Source: Octopus sinensis
Taxonomy: Eukaryota
Assembly: GCF_006345805.1 (NCBI RefSeq)
Contig: NC_043006.1
Location: 9,858,001 to 9,922,000, forward strand
DNA length: 64,000 nt
Direction of reading: 5' to 3'
Positions 1 to 13,348 of the stretch are shown here, one piece after another (position 1 is the stretch's first letter; each line of letters opens with the position of its first letter). Both the position numbers and the translations under genes were made by a program. The notes under the pieces were generated by a model. The model searched no databases and had not been told where the DNA came from. It saw only the letters and a program-made list of their open reading frames with translations.

Positions 1-342
1 TTGCATACCGTTTGTATGTATATATTTAAACACACTCAAATAAGGAAACATCGCATTGATGAACAAAATAACACAAAGCTACCATATACATATAGACAAT
101 CAAGAGTGATCATTAAGTTGGCATTAAATTTTGTGTAGTTTATCCATTACATTCTTCATCTCTTCACAGTTTTCCCCTACATCCTGAAGAAGGGCAATGA
201 CCTCACAGGTGATAATTACAAGTGTCTACAATACTAAACATCAAATATGTTCGGTCATGAATTTTGCTGTCAATATATTTCAGTCGAAGCCATTCCATCA
301 CTCTCCTGCAAACTCACCACACCCTACCTATCTCCCTCGACA

Positions 343-344
<2 letters not shown>

Positions 345-386
<42 letters not shown>

Positions 387-485
387 TGTGTGTGGTGTGT
401 GTGTGTGTTGTGTGTGTGTGTGTGTGTGTGTGTATGTATACGTATATGTATGTATATAAAGGCATACTTATATGTATGTATGTAT

Positions 486-516
<31 letters not shown>

Positions 517-520
517 CACG
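345..520. repeat. Compound (TA)n/(TG)n/(CA)n microsatellite
   Basis: Direct reading; explains the YI/CV/HT-rich ORFs here. Confidence 0.95.
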
Positions 521-989
521 CAAACACTGCTCTAAAACAAATACTCCCGACCAACAATCTCATATATATCCGTTTGATTCTCTTTAGACTTTTTTCTATA
601 TAATTGGACATAGTTGAATAAATAATATCAGTAAAACAGCTTTTAACTTAATGTTGAAATTGTATTTGATAAAATCGAAAACTTGTATGGCTACAGACAG
701 CTGTATAGATAAAAGCACCACACAACACACACACACACACACACACCACATATATATATATATATATAATATATATATATATATAATATAATATATATAT
801 ATATATCTATATTGCTATTATGTTAAACTCTCGTATGTCCAAATTTGGCCAAATGTGTTTTTTTTTTAATAGTTATTGTTGCCTGCAATACCCGTTTCTT
901 TTGGTCAAACTATTGTATCTTCAGTTTTAATTTTCCGAAAAAGCAACGTTTGAACTTACCACGCTTTTGCAAAATAGCAACAATATATA

Positions 990-1230
990 TTGGGTCATCC
1001 CCAGAATAACGCGGTTTGCTTATACTTCTTTTATTTTCCAAAATTATGATAAACAGAGTACTTTTTTAATCCTAAATATACTCTCCGTTTTCTACAATAC
1101 TCTTCATCTATCTGGTATACTTGCAAGGTCCCTCTTCAAAAATTCCCTTGCCCGTGACGAAAAATACTCCTCCAGTACTGTTCCGATCCATTCTATAGAA
1201 TTCCTATTTTTTCCGTCTAAATGATGTTAA
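990..1230 (-). mobile_element. Mariner transposon 3' end (transposase C-terminus plus terminal inverted repeat)
   Basis: Minus strand reads IGTVLEEYFSSRAREFLKRDLASIPDR*...VENGEYI*, like the mariner C-terminus. It ends in a TIR-like sequence ...ttattctggggatgacccaa followed by TA. Confidence 0.75.
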
Positions 1231-1274
1231 AGACTGCGGAATAAATGCTAATCAGTTGGGGCATTTATAGAAAA

Positions 1275-1852
1275 CTCTTCTGCCCTTCAGAGATATAAAA
1301 TGTGAAATTTGTATAATTTTTCATATGGTATTTTTTTTAAAGATATGTAGTAATATGGGAAAATGGTGATTGTTTGAAATATGAATTTAATATTAAAAAT
1401 TACTGTTTTTGATTTTGGTAAGTATAATTTAGTATGAGAGTCTTTAAATCCATATATGCTTCCTTGGTAAGTAACAATACATAATAGTTATGTGTAAAAT
1501 CCATTATATTGTCCTCTATTCCAAATATAGTTCATAGACTTAGATAATATAGAATAATGGAATGGTATATTGATAAGCATTAACTCTTCCCCTCCTCAAA
1601 ATATCAAATGTGAAATTTGTTTAAGTTATCGATTGGTAGTTTTTTTTCTTAGTTATGAAGTAATATGGGAAAATGGTGTTAGTTTGAAATATAACTTAAA
1701 AATTACTGCTTTTTATTTTGGTAAGTAGACTTTAGTATGAGAATCTTGAAATTCATACATGCCTCCTTGGTAAGTCTTCTGTAGTAATCCATAATAATTA
1801 TGTTTAAAATCCATTATATTGTCCTGTATACCAAATATAGTTCATAGACTTA
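1275..1852. repeat. Diverged tandem duplication, period about 310 bp
   Basis: tgtgaaattt at 1301 and 1609; ttcatagactta at 1531 and 1841; collinear similarity in between. Confidence 0.85.
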
Positions 1853-2009
1853 ACATAAAACAAAATTATATGTGAAATTATATAAACAAACAGACAGCTA
1901 AATAGATAGATAGATACATACATACATACATACATACATACATACATACATACGTGCAAACATGAATACATACATACATATATCTGTGTGTGTGTTTGTG
2001 TGTTTGCAG

Positions 2010-2430
2010 TAGTTTATCTGCACCGCTGCTTCACAGCCGATGTTTGTGCGTTTACGTACCCGTAATTTAGCGGTTCGGTAACAGAAGCTGATTATATAAG
2101 TACTAAGTTTTCAAATTTTATGCGGAATGGCTTTGTAGTAAGTAGCTTGCTTACCAACCACATAGTTCTAGGTTCAGTCCCATTGCGTGGCACCTTGGGC
2201 AAGTGTCTTCCGCTATAGCCTCGGGCTGACCAAAGCACCTTGTGTGTCGATTTGGTAGACTGAAACAAAACGTAGCCTGTCGTATATATATATATGTGTG
2301 TATGTGTGTGTGTGAGTGTGTGTGTATGTGCGTGTGTGTGCGTGAATGTGTGTGTGTGTTTGCGTGTGTGTGTTTGTGTGTCTCCCCACCATCATCACTT
2401 AACCACCGATAAATCGATGTTTACGTCAAC
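2010..2430 (+). mobile_element. tRNA-derived CORE-type SINE (family A), fragments
   Basis: B-box ggttcagtccc and core gtggcaccttgggcaagtgtctt; matches the full copy at 10483. Confidence 0.85.
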
Positions 2431-2559
2431 TTTATAAGTTTAAAATATTTTATTTATTACGATTATACGCTTTTGTATGTTAGTATATTACTTGCTTACT
2501 TCTTGCTTTTAGCTGTCCGTCAATGTTGACTTCGATATTGTCCTCTAGGAGTCTTACCC

Positions 2560-2900
2560 TACATTTTGTGACTTGATCAATGTGAGAACACTCCGATCCT
2601 GGAATGGCATGTCCTTGAACACAAATGACAAGGGAAGTTGTCCATAATGTCGATGGCACCCTACGACGGATCAGACTCGCCTCTCCCTCCTTTGGACGCA
2701 TCCGAGAACGAGTGATTTTTAAACAGAAATCTGAGACTTGCTACTAATATTGCAGTCTATCGCGCCATTGTCTTCTTAATATTATTGTATTGCAACGAAT
2801 GTTGGACCTATTACCACCATACAGTGAGGGAACTAGAGTCCTTTTCACATCCATTGTCACCAACGAATTTTACACATTAATTGGACAGATAAGGTCCCCC
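2560..2900 (+). mobile_element. RTE-clade LINE, post-RT fragment, frameshifted
   Basis: RRIRLASPSFGRIRERV...LRLATNIAVYRAIVFLILLYCNECWTYY...FHIHCHQRILHINWTDKVP follows the RTE/BovB ORF C-terminal pattern. Confidence 0.8.
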
Positions 2901-3639
2901 ACATAAAAAAGGCTAGTATGTATACGATGAAGGAATGTGAAGTAGAGGAGGAGAATGGGTGGCGAATGAAGAAGAAATGAGGAAGTTAAATTGTAGTAGT
3001 AGTATCGAAGGGGAGAAGTAAAGAAAATTTGAAGGGAGGAGTAAAGGAAAAAGAACAAGATGTAAAGAAAGTAATGTACAAAAAGTGGGGGAAAAGAAGG
3101 ATAGGAAAAAGCGGGAAGATCTGTTTAGACAGTTAGTACATAATGACGCACAAGCAAGAAAACGTTAATTGATATGGTTAATGACAGATCACCAGCCGGA
3201 AAAAGAATTTGGTTAGTTTAATAAAGGGTCACAAAGTGAACAGTGGAATTGGTTAGTGTAACAAAGAAACAGAAGCAAAAAAAAATGAAAGAGGAGAATT
3301 TTATTAGTGGAAAACAAGCACAAAATGTGTGAAGTGATTCGCGTAATACAGTTAGAAAATCGAGAAAAGTGTAAAAAGATTAGTTAAATAATGGGAAACA
3401 ATCAGGAAAATGAAAATTAGCGTATTGAAGGGAAGCATTAAACAGTTTATAAACGAGAACCTAAGTGCACTGAAGTAAAGGAATTAGATAAGTTAAGAAA
3501 AAAAAAACAACAGTTGAATTCTAAAAAATAATATAAAATGAATTCCAAAATATACAAGAGAAACATAGAGAAAACCATTTAACCTATGGCCAATGTAAGG
3601 GCATGTCACATTTACCAGCTAAGATTTAGGAACTAATTA

Positions 3640-3720
3640 ATGAATAAGTAACCATCTCTCAAGTGCAGACTCTGCACTCAATACAGTGAAGGACTCAACC
3701 ATATCGATCATTGATGCACA
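3640..3720 (+). mobile_element. Possible CCHC zinc-knuckle remnant of an RLE-type LINE
   Basis: KCRLCTQYSEGLNHIDH*C resembles CRLC...ETIxHIxSGC; short and degenerate. Confidence 0.35.
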
Positions 3721-4534
3721 GTTTTCGTAAATTTCGCTTCATATTCCCTGAGATGGCTGGTTCGAAAGATATGTCCATTGCTTCTATCACAGTACATCCA
3801 CGAGACATACGATCTGATGTGTTGGGTTTAAATACGAAAGACGGCTCGTGACAAATAGGCTGTCCTGAATAATCTATTCAACGAAGCGAAAAGAACGAAG
3901 TAAACGGTCTCCATCTCTTTATCAGGGACAGTGACTGAAGTCCCTCCGATGTGATTCACCAGATGAAGGAACACCCTCATCAAATCAGACCCTGGAGTAT
4001 TTAACAAAACTAGTAGAGCACTATGATATTGAAATTTATATATATGAAAGCCATAGGGAGCACGAGATAAAAGAAATTTAGCACTAGAACTAGAACTTAA
4101 TACGTGATCAAATAGAACAGAAAATAGAACGTTAAAAAACGTTGCTGGGATAAAAATTCTATATTAGTTCATGACGCTCCGAAAGTTTCCGCGGTAATTT
4201 GGTGATGGATCAACCTAGATGCTGATCGAATTGGAAGTTTTTGGTCGACCAGTTGCTAAGATAAATGTTTATTTGCTAATCTGTCACAGACTGATATCGA
4301 ATCCAGGATTTCATTGTGAGTCCACAACTAATACACTGTATAAAGCGGCTGGAATACTGATCCCACCCAAACATCATAAGCATACCAAATTCAATTAATT
4401 TTACAACTCACCCACTACTCGTTATATTGTGATAATCTATGTAACTATCAGTCCATAAAATAGAACAATTTACACTCAGTGTGCGACTTATAGGAAACAG
4501 GCATTGAACTACTGCATACATAGCAAGAATTATT

Positions 4535-4745
4535 ATTTCTAATTTGGGCACAAGATCTGCAAACCTGAATAAATTAGAAAGTCGATTGCCTCAAGCCAAG
4601 CACTTGTCTTACCGAACCAGAAAACGTGAAATGCACGGCTGCCCTCCGCGATATTTATAGTCAGAATGTATACAGCTGAACACAATGTAGCTAAGCATTA
4701 TGTCCAGTGCTGTTGCGATTCTGCCGCCTGTCCGCCTATGGTGTA
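4535..4745 (-). mobile_element. SINE family B, degenerate
   Basis: Reverse complement begins ggcggacaggcggcagaatcgcaacagcactgg, similar to the 22430 copy. Confidence 0.6.
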
Positions 4746-5720
4746 TGTGTGTGCGTGGGCGTGCGTGCGTGTGTTTCTGTATGCATGACTACGGAATGGA
4801 AAGCCAGAATACTCGTCGCCGTAACCGGCAGAGAACGAAGCATATATATGTATGTGTGTGTATGTACACGTGTGTATGTGTGTGTGTATGCGTGCGTATG
4901 TGTGTGTGTAGAGCGTATGTTCAAAAGCATTCGAAAGGAAGTCAGTCATTCAGTCAGCTACGAATAGATGATTCAAAATCGTAATGAAAGAAAACCAAAA
5001 ATATCGTAGTAGAGTGTAGACATTTTATCATTGTCAAATTGAAATTGCGTCTTAATTGTGGATAACTATTTAGATATTTACTCCAATTCAATTTTAAATT
5101 AGTTGAGGAGAATATTTTTCATATAGTTATAAATTCTATTGTTCAATTTTATCTTTTCCTTTCAATTTCATCTTCAACCATTTCAAATAAGTCAATTTAA
5201 ATAATTGTTTAAACGCAAATAACATAAATATCACATCACAGCATCATTTTCAAATCTTTTTCTGCATAAGAATATAGAGAGCAGAAAATTAGAATGTATT
5301 AATTATGTTAAATGTTTAGCAAATTACATCTATTATCCATCTAATAATATCAGCGTATCTTCATGGCCATAAGTTCATTTTTACAATTTTTGTTTTATTT
5401 TGTGCTGAATTTATATTGGAATTTTACCGCAGCCAGCTTGTATAAGCTTTAATAACATGCACTTTTAGAATCAATTCACCGTAATTAGAACACATTAATC
5501 TCTGAGAGAATCTTTGTTTGTTTGAACACTCGTGCACATGTACTTCTTTAAAATTTTCTGTCATTGTTTTGTTTCATAGGATAAAATTACTAACGCTCAA
5601 TAATGTACCGCTATATTTTACTAACAGCTAAATGTACTTTAATAATTTAGTAGTATTTATGAAGAAACAGGTTTCATCGATGTTTCAAGATGATGCGATA
5701 ACTTAACGTTGTGTATGAGA

Positions 5721-6081
5721 CTAGCAGTATCGCCCGACGTTGCTCGGGTTTGTAAGGGAAATAACTATATAAGCATTTTGGCTAACCACAAAGTGGGGGT
5801 GTTACTGTAGCTTTTTTACGTTCTGCGATTTAATAAATTTTTAGAGAGTTACTTCCCTTATATATGCCAAAAATGCATTAAAAATGGGAAAACTTGATGG
5901 TAATTTTTTTTTTTAATCGTAGACTCATCGTAGACGCGCGCTAATACCCAGAAGGGTTCGATATGAATCACGACTATAAGATACCCGGTTTTGGTTAAAC
6001 TGCCCCGCAAAATGTGGGAGTAGTTAGGAATCTAAAACGTAGGAGACAGACAGCACACAACCTCACTTTTATATATAAAGA
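5721..6081 (-). mobile_element. Non-autonomous Helitron
   Basis: Minus strand: 5' TC, 3' GC-rich hairpin plus CTAG, inserted between A and T; reverse complement of the 43616-43917 copy. Confidence 0.85.
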
Positions 6082-6779
6082 TATCGGACATAGTTTCTGA
6101 AATTTATACTTTGTTAGTGGGAGCCGTGAATATTTCACGGAATTAATGGTAAACTTATTGGCTTATGTTTAAAAGCTTTATCCGAACATCCTGAAAGCGT
6201 AGCTTGTGCTTTGTCTGTATGAAAAGTCAGTCACTCAACTGCTACTCATTGATAACTGAAAGAAATTAGAATATGTTGATTAGTTAATGCACTTTATATA
6301 TACACATTATATGCTTTATGCACAATTTTATAGAATTAATAATACACAGTACTCAAAATAAACATTCACTTTTGTTTTTCTATTTTCGCCATAAGCAAAA
6401 CAAAATATCGCCGTACATATGATACAACCTTTAGGTAAATTGCACTTATCTGCCACGTAAATAAGCGTGAATATTTCACGGAATTGTACTTATTCGCATG
6501 CGTTAAGTGATTACTAAAAAAAAAAAAAAGTGCAATTAAAAACAAATACATTTTTAACTATTTACTAACCACCGTCACCACCAACCCCACCTTCTTTTTC
6601 ACCACCACTACCAGCACCGCCATCATCATCTCTCTCTCTCCCTCTTTCTCTCTGCTCCTCTCTCTGTTTCCTATCCCTCCCCTATCTCACTCTCTCCCTC
6701 CCTCCCTGCCTTTAACATGAACATCAGAACATCACCCCCATGACAAACGTATATGTTTTACTCTCCTCGTCTATATCAA

Positions 6780-6915
6780 TACATATTTCTTTATTACCCA
6801 CAGGGGGCTAAACATAGAGGGGACAAAGAAGGACAGACATAGGTATTAAGTCGATTACATCGACCTCAGTGCGTAACTTATATTTATCGACCCCGAAAGG
6901 ATGAAAGGCAAATCA
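6780..6915 (-). mobile_element. SINE family B, 3' part
   Basis: tttatcgaccccgaaaggatgaaaggcaaa is the reverse complement of the central domain of the 22430 copy. Confidence 0.85.
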
Positions 6916-7534
6916 ATACCTTCAACTTGCGCTTTTAACAACGTAATAAATACATTCCCTCAATCTCACGTCATGGACGCTTCACTCTCCCTCTTTTTCT
7001 CATTCCGTCTTTTATTCTCTCACTTTTTTCTTACTCCCTCTTTCTGTATCACACTTCCCCTTATTCTCCTTTTCTCTCTCCCCCCTTTTCTCTCTTCCTC
7101 CTTTTCTCTTTCCCTCTTTTTATGTCCCCATCCCTTCTTTTTCCCTCTTTTCTACTAACGTCAAAGTGTTGCCGACGGGCTAAGTATTGGAATGACAACC
7201 AGAATTATTTTATTCAGAGATGAGTTATATATATTATATATATTAAAGTAATCTTCTGACATCTTTATTTCTGTTTTAATTGATGTATGTAGGAGCCAAA
7301 GTGAATCAAATTCAGCGCATTTTCCTAAGACGTATTGTTAATAAATCCATGCTTATTACGTAACCAAGTTTCTCTACATACAAATTATTTTACTGCACCG
7401 AATCAAAATGCACCAATGACAGACATACCACACGCCAAATTTTCCATGACTATACATCTAAAATGATTTGCTGTTTCCTTGAAAAAAGACTCCAATTAAC
7501 TCTTCTGCGAAGATATTGAATATATATAGCATAC

Positions 7535-7975
7535 TATTTCACTTGTTTCAGTCATTTGACTGTGGCCATGCTAGAGCACCGCTTTTTTAGTCGAGCAAAT
7601 GGACCCCAGGTCTTACTCTTTGTAAGCCTAGTACTTATTCTATCCGTCTCTTTTGCCGAACCGCTAAGCTATGGGGAGGGAAACACACCAGCATCGGTTG
7701 TCAAGCGATGTTGGGGAGACAAACTCAGACACACAAACATACATACACACACACACACGCATATATATATATTATATATATATATATATATATACATATA
7801 TTCGAAGGGCTTCTTTCAGTTTCCGTCTACCAAATCCACTCACAAGGCTTCGGTCTTCCCGAGGCTATAGTAAAAGACACTTGCCCAAGGTGCCACGCAG
7901 TGGGACTAAACCCGGAAACATGTGGTTGGTAAGCAAGCTACTTACCACACAGCCAGTCCTATGCATATATATTTA
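7535..7975 (-). mobile_element. SINE family A, near full length
   Basis: Head, CORE domain, internal microsatellite and cagtcaaatgactgaaac tail all present. Confidence 0.9.
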
Positions 7976-8844
7976 GTCCAACTACATAGCCTATCATGTC
8001 AAGTATTAAACTGTTTGTGGAAAGAAATCGGAGAAATGCTCTTGCATACATCCTCTTTAGTGTCATTGACCCTATATGCCACTAAAGCAATTAAGAAATA
8101 TATATATATATCGAAAAATAGTCTTGCTTACTTTTTACTCAACTTGATATATCATATCGATGTGTCTACATAAAGAGCCACGTTTTACATTGTGTGTGCA
8201 CTAAAATTATAATTTGCGTAAGCCTGCACGCAGTGTTTGTCCTTATGAGTTTCATTGAGAACGGTATTAGATAATTGAAAGGAGCGAAGAAATAAGAATT
8301 ACTGTAATAAATAATTCGTAGGTTGAGAAAAAATAACCGAATCATTTGCATATATAGAGACAAGCAATAACTCATTTTATTTTGCTTTCGCAAAGATGGA
8401 ATCTCTTACAAGCGATAGTTGTTTAAAATATTAATCACCATATGATATTGCACTTTAAAACACAATGTTAAATTTAAAGTTATTGCGATTTAAAATACAT
8501 GAATTTAAACATATCTCTTAATATACAATCAAAATTCTATCGATCTGACTGAAGCGACCAAATAAATAAGTGAAACTGAATAATGATATCATTTAGAAAA
8601 TCTTCAGCTAAATTACTGAAAATTCTACAGAAAAAAAGCACTTGTTATATTTAGTCTAGATAAGCATCTACAAGAAATTTCGGTGTCTGTTAAATATTCA
8701 TCATAGTGTCTTTATTGGAACATGTGTAACTAAATATCATAATGATTCTCAAAAAGATATATTATACTTCTTTCAGTTGTCAAGTGATGAAGGAGTACAA
8801 ACGCAGACACAATGACGTACACCTACGCATGCGCGCACACACAC

Positions 8845-9025
8845 ACACGAACACAAACATATTCGTCTGGCTTCTTTCAGTTTCCATCTACCAAATCCAC
8901 TCAGAATGCTTTGGTCGGCCTGAGGCTATAGTATAAGACACCTTACCAGGTTGCCACACGGTGTTAGTAAACCCAGAATCATGTAGTTGGGAAGCAAGCT
9001 TACAACAAAGCAACGTCTGCGCTTA
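8845..9025 (-). mobile_element. SINE family A, 5' half, degenerate
   Basis: tttcagtttccatctaccaaatccactc...ggtcggcctgaggctata matches family A. Confidence 0.8.
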
Positions 9026-9239
9026 TGTTTATCTTAAATGCACGTTAAGGTAGCCTCTGAAAAAATCGTATAACTTGTACATAAAATGTCATAAATTCGT
9101 ACATTGTCTCTAATATATTTGGTGTTTGAAATACAATGCATGTTAGCAACATTTATTTGTAAGTCGACAGAACAAAGACAAAATTGGAGAAAAGTAAGTG
9201 AAGGTAACCCTAGGAAGAAACTAAAGGATGGGAGAAAAT

Positions 9240-9681
9240 ACACACACACAGACAGACAGACACACGCACATATATATACATACATATTTATATATATATA
9301 TATGTATACACACACATATGTATATATATATATATTTATATATAAATATATATATATCTATATATATATATATACATATATATACATATATACATATATA
9401 TATATATCATACATAATATACATACATATATACATATATATACATACATATATACATGTATATACATACATACATATATACATACATACATATATATACA
9501 TACATCATATAGATATATAATATATATATATATAATATTATACATATATATACATATATACATATATACATATATATACATACATATATACATACATATA
9601 TACATATATATACATACATATATACATGTATATACATACATACATATATATACATACATACATATATATACATACATACAT

Positions 9682-9725
<44 letters not shown>
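9240..9725. repeat. Long compound (TA)n/(TATACA)n/(TACA)n microsatellite
   Basis: Direct reading. Confidence 0.95.
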
Positions 9726-9726
<1 letters not shown>

Positions 9727-10482
9727 GAAAGAGAGCGTTTCCCCTTCAATTTGATGTGGTCAACTCATTGAAATTTCATAACAAATCATGTTTTTCTTCA
9801 TTTTCCCTCTTCCTCATCTTTCCCTTCTCAGTGTCTACTACTGCTCATGTTTGTAAAGAAACACATTTTCTCTAGGTGACCTTTCAAGATATCACTTTTA
9901 GGAAGTAGGATGGGAAAGACAAGAAAATAGTTGTGGGTGCGGTCAAAACTGAAAATAAAATACGTAGTTCAAAGTTCTATGAAAATGTATATTCCTTTAC
10001 ACTTGTAGTCAAATTCCATACTCTGTGTAATTCCATGTTTTGTGCAAACAAACATTCAATATTAGTACAACTTTCATAAATTAGGACAATAAAATCAGGA
10101 TAATTGAAGTTCGGTGCTGCTTATAATTCAATGCATTCTCTATGTCTATTTAGTCCAATTTCATAAATGAGTTGTGTGATAACATGTATATTATATATTT
10201 AGCTGGAAGCCACTCTGTAGAATATAAATTATATAATAAAGCAGCGCCTGCTAAAATATATTTTTTAGTATCATTCATCCTTTTGTAAGATATATTTTTT
10301 CGTTTTCTTGCCTGCTTGCATGAGATAATACAGAAGAGATCTTTTTCAAGAATTACGTTGCCAAGTAGCTACATTATATATCTTTCATAATCAGTGGGAA
10401 AGTAGTTCTAGTTTTCTGTCTCGAGTACATTTAAGTTCTAAAAGAACAACAGTTGTGAAAATACGAATACTATATATATATA

Positions 10483-10849
10483 GGCGCAGGAGTGGCTGTG
10501 TGGTAAGTAGCTTGTTTACCAACCACATGGTTCCGGGTTCAGTCCCACTGTGTGGCAACTTGGGGAAGTGTCTTCTACAATAGCCTCGGGCCGACCAAAG
10601 CCTTGTGAGTGGATTTGGTAGACCGAAACTGAAAGAAGCCCGTCGTATATAAGTGTATATATATATATATTGCTTGACAACCGATGCTGGTGTGTTTATG
10701 TCCCCGTTACTTAGCGGTTCGGCAAAAGAGACCGATAGAATAAGTACTGGGCTTACAAAAGAATAAGTCCCGCGGTCGAGTTGCTCGATTAAAGCGGTGC
10801 TCCAGCATGGCCGCAGTCAAATGACTTAAACAAGTAAAAGAGTAAAAGA

Positions 10850-10852
<3 letters not shown>
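10483..10852 (+). mobile_element. SINE family A, full length (tRNA head, CORE-like domain, LINE-derived tail)
   Basis: A-box tggctgtgtgg, B-box ggttcagtccc, CORE-like gtggcaacttggggaagtgtctt, tail gcggtgctccagcatggccgcagtcaaatgac followed by (taaaagag)2. Confidence 0.92.
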
Positions 10853-10887
<35 letters not shown>

Positions 10888-11289
10888 GATCATTTATAAT
10901 GAGGTGTATCAGGTTATTAACGATGGAGCCACATTCAGAAACAACGGTAAAAGCATAATATAAATATAGTCTCTTCACCAATCATTATTACTATTAAAAA
11001 GTTAAAAAATTAAGTGGTAAAATGACCATTAATAATCTTTCTAGAAAGTCATCTAAACCATCTAGAATACGCTGATGTCATCTTACATACTATGGGAATA
11101 TTGTTTGACAGGAATATAGTGTTCATTAGAGCTTCCATTTGCATTATTGCTCACCAATTGTATTAGCTTGTCATAGCATCTGTGTCAGCTAGCCGTGTAA
11201 TGTTTATAATTTATTTCATTTGGAATGTTTTCCGTGCATATTTTGTATGTGTCTCTTTCTAATTTTTCTGATAAAACGCAGTTTCTCTG

Positions 11290-11550
11290 CTTTTATTTTC
11301 AAACAATTAATTGTGGAGAGAATCTTTTGATGGAGTGTAACTCCAATGCTTTTCGGAATTTTGGGTCATCTCTTGAACAGTTGTAAAGGGGAAATATTTT
11401 GAACTTTCCTTCACCGCATATTTCTAGATGTTTGCTCAGTGAAATCTTGAGTAATTCCTCTTCTCAGATGTGTTGTCTGTGGATTCTTGCAAGCTGGCGG
11501 AGGGAATTGTTTGTTTCACCAATGTAATTTTCCTTGCAGTTGGAGCAAGC
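11290..11550 (-). mobile_element. Penelope-like element, GIY-YIG endonuclease remnant
   Basis: CSNCKENYIGETNNSLRQLARIHRQHI*...LSKHLEICGEGKFKIFPLY...RKALELHSIKRFSPQLN. Confidence 0.85.
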
Positions 11551-11995
11551 CGATGAAGGAGGGGCGATAGTAATAATGGACAATGACTACTATAAATATA
11601 AAATATTGGAAGTTCTAACAATCCAAACTTCTACAAGGAAGAACCACAACTCCTTGAAAATGCAATAACTCCCGGATAAATCAAAGCAGTAATTAATGAA
11701 TACCAAAATCCCTTCACAGATAAGGAGGAAGATTATCTATGCAACTCTACAATCAAAGAGACGAATTTCTACGGATTACCCAAAATCCACAAAAGCTCCA
11801 AAATACAGGGAGCCAAAAACGAACAAAGCAACCAATACACAAAAATACGAAGACCTGCTGATTTTCAATTGAGACCAAGGTTGCTGGACTTCAAGCACCA
11901 AGACAACAACTGGGTCATCTTTTGAATACACTCCATAAATATTTATTCCTCTCCTAAACCAAGCAAAAACAATCCGATTCATATAAATGAACAAG
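11548..11995 (+). mobile_element. Penelope-like element, RT N-terminal remnant
   Basis: ADxGGAIVIMDNDYYK...ETNFYGLPKIHKSSKIQ...FQLRPxVAG, typical PLE motifs, frameshifted. Confidence 0.85.
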
Positions 11996-13348
11996 GAAAC
12001 GTTCTATTTTTATCATTTTGAATTTCTCTTCGCGTGTTCGTTAAACAAACAACAGTGCTACTACAAAATTTTCCAAAGTCTGACTGCCTTCTTTTCCTCA
12101 GTATATGTCAGGAGGTGATGCAGTACGACCGTTTCAAGTGGCTCCTTTTAATTGAACAATGCCATCATTGCATCAATTTCAATGCAGGTCTATGCTCAGC
12201 TGCAGAAATAGATAAATACAATTTTAATCAGGTGGACACATTAATATAATTCTACACAAATGCTGTAATAGAGCCAGAAGACGGAAAGTGATTATGTTGC
12301 CACTAATGTAGCTAAGAATAAACTACACTTCTAAGAATTGGGTGAAGTTTGTTGGGGTCATAGCTTCTAAATGATTGTGGTTACTTTTTAATTTATTAGT
12401 CTTTTTTATTAACTACCAAATTTACGGCTAGATGGCAGTGTATGTTTAGAACAGATGACATGAGTGAGTTGACAGCAAAAAGCTGGAGAAGATAATCAAC
12501 CAACAAACATCCGCCTGCAATCATTCATTTGGTATATTTATTAATTACAATCATATTTATAAGTAATTAAATAAACAATTAAATAATAAATAAATAACTG
12601 AATAAGAATAAATTAGTGAATAATAATATACTCTTACAGCCGTTTCTACTTGGGGAGCGGGTTCAAATTGCCAAGGCTTACACATCATATCAGTATTATA
12701 CAGGGATTGTACAAAGGTTGAACAAAAAGTGTAAAGGTGTTGCACAATAATTGAACTCCAAACCTTCTTCAGAGAAGAATGGTTAGATAAGAATCAAACA
12801 TATGAAGAAATAAAATAATAAATAAATAATGAAATTAGTATGAGATTACATCAAGTTATGAGATTACATCATATGATAAAAGAAGTCACTTCCAAATGTA
12901 ATCTCCATAGGTTATGAGAATTACATCATATTTCAATTTATTGGGGGAGAAAGCAAGGTAAAACGTAGTGGAGTGGGCTAATGCGATGGTCCATATCACA
13001 GGGGTCAACAGTTAAAAGCTAACGGCATTGTTATAGGATATCAGCAAATTAACAAGGTTAACTTAATGTGGACTTATTTGGGGAAATCAATACATAACTA
13101 TACCAATGAAAAAAAATTTGGGGAAAAATTAAGTGTGCTGTTATTATTTATTAACAAAAAAAAACTTATCCTAATACCCCTATGTTGAGTAGGGTGAGCC
13201 AAAATTGATCCTACAACTTAATTTGTCCCCTTCTATTTGAAAACAATGGCGTTGTTCAGGTCTGTTAAATCTATCAATAAAATACAAAGCGAATAAAAAA
13301 GGAAAACATATTCGAGGAATAAAATTCTAGGGAGCCTTACATACTAAA

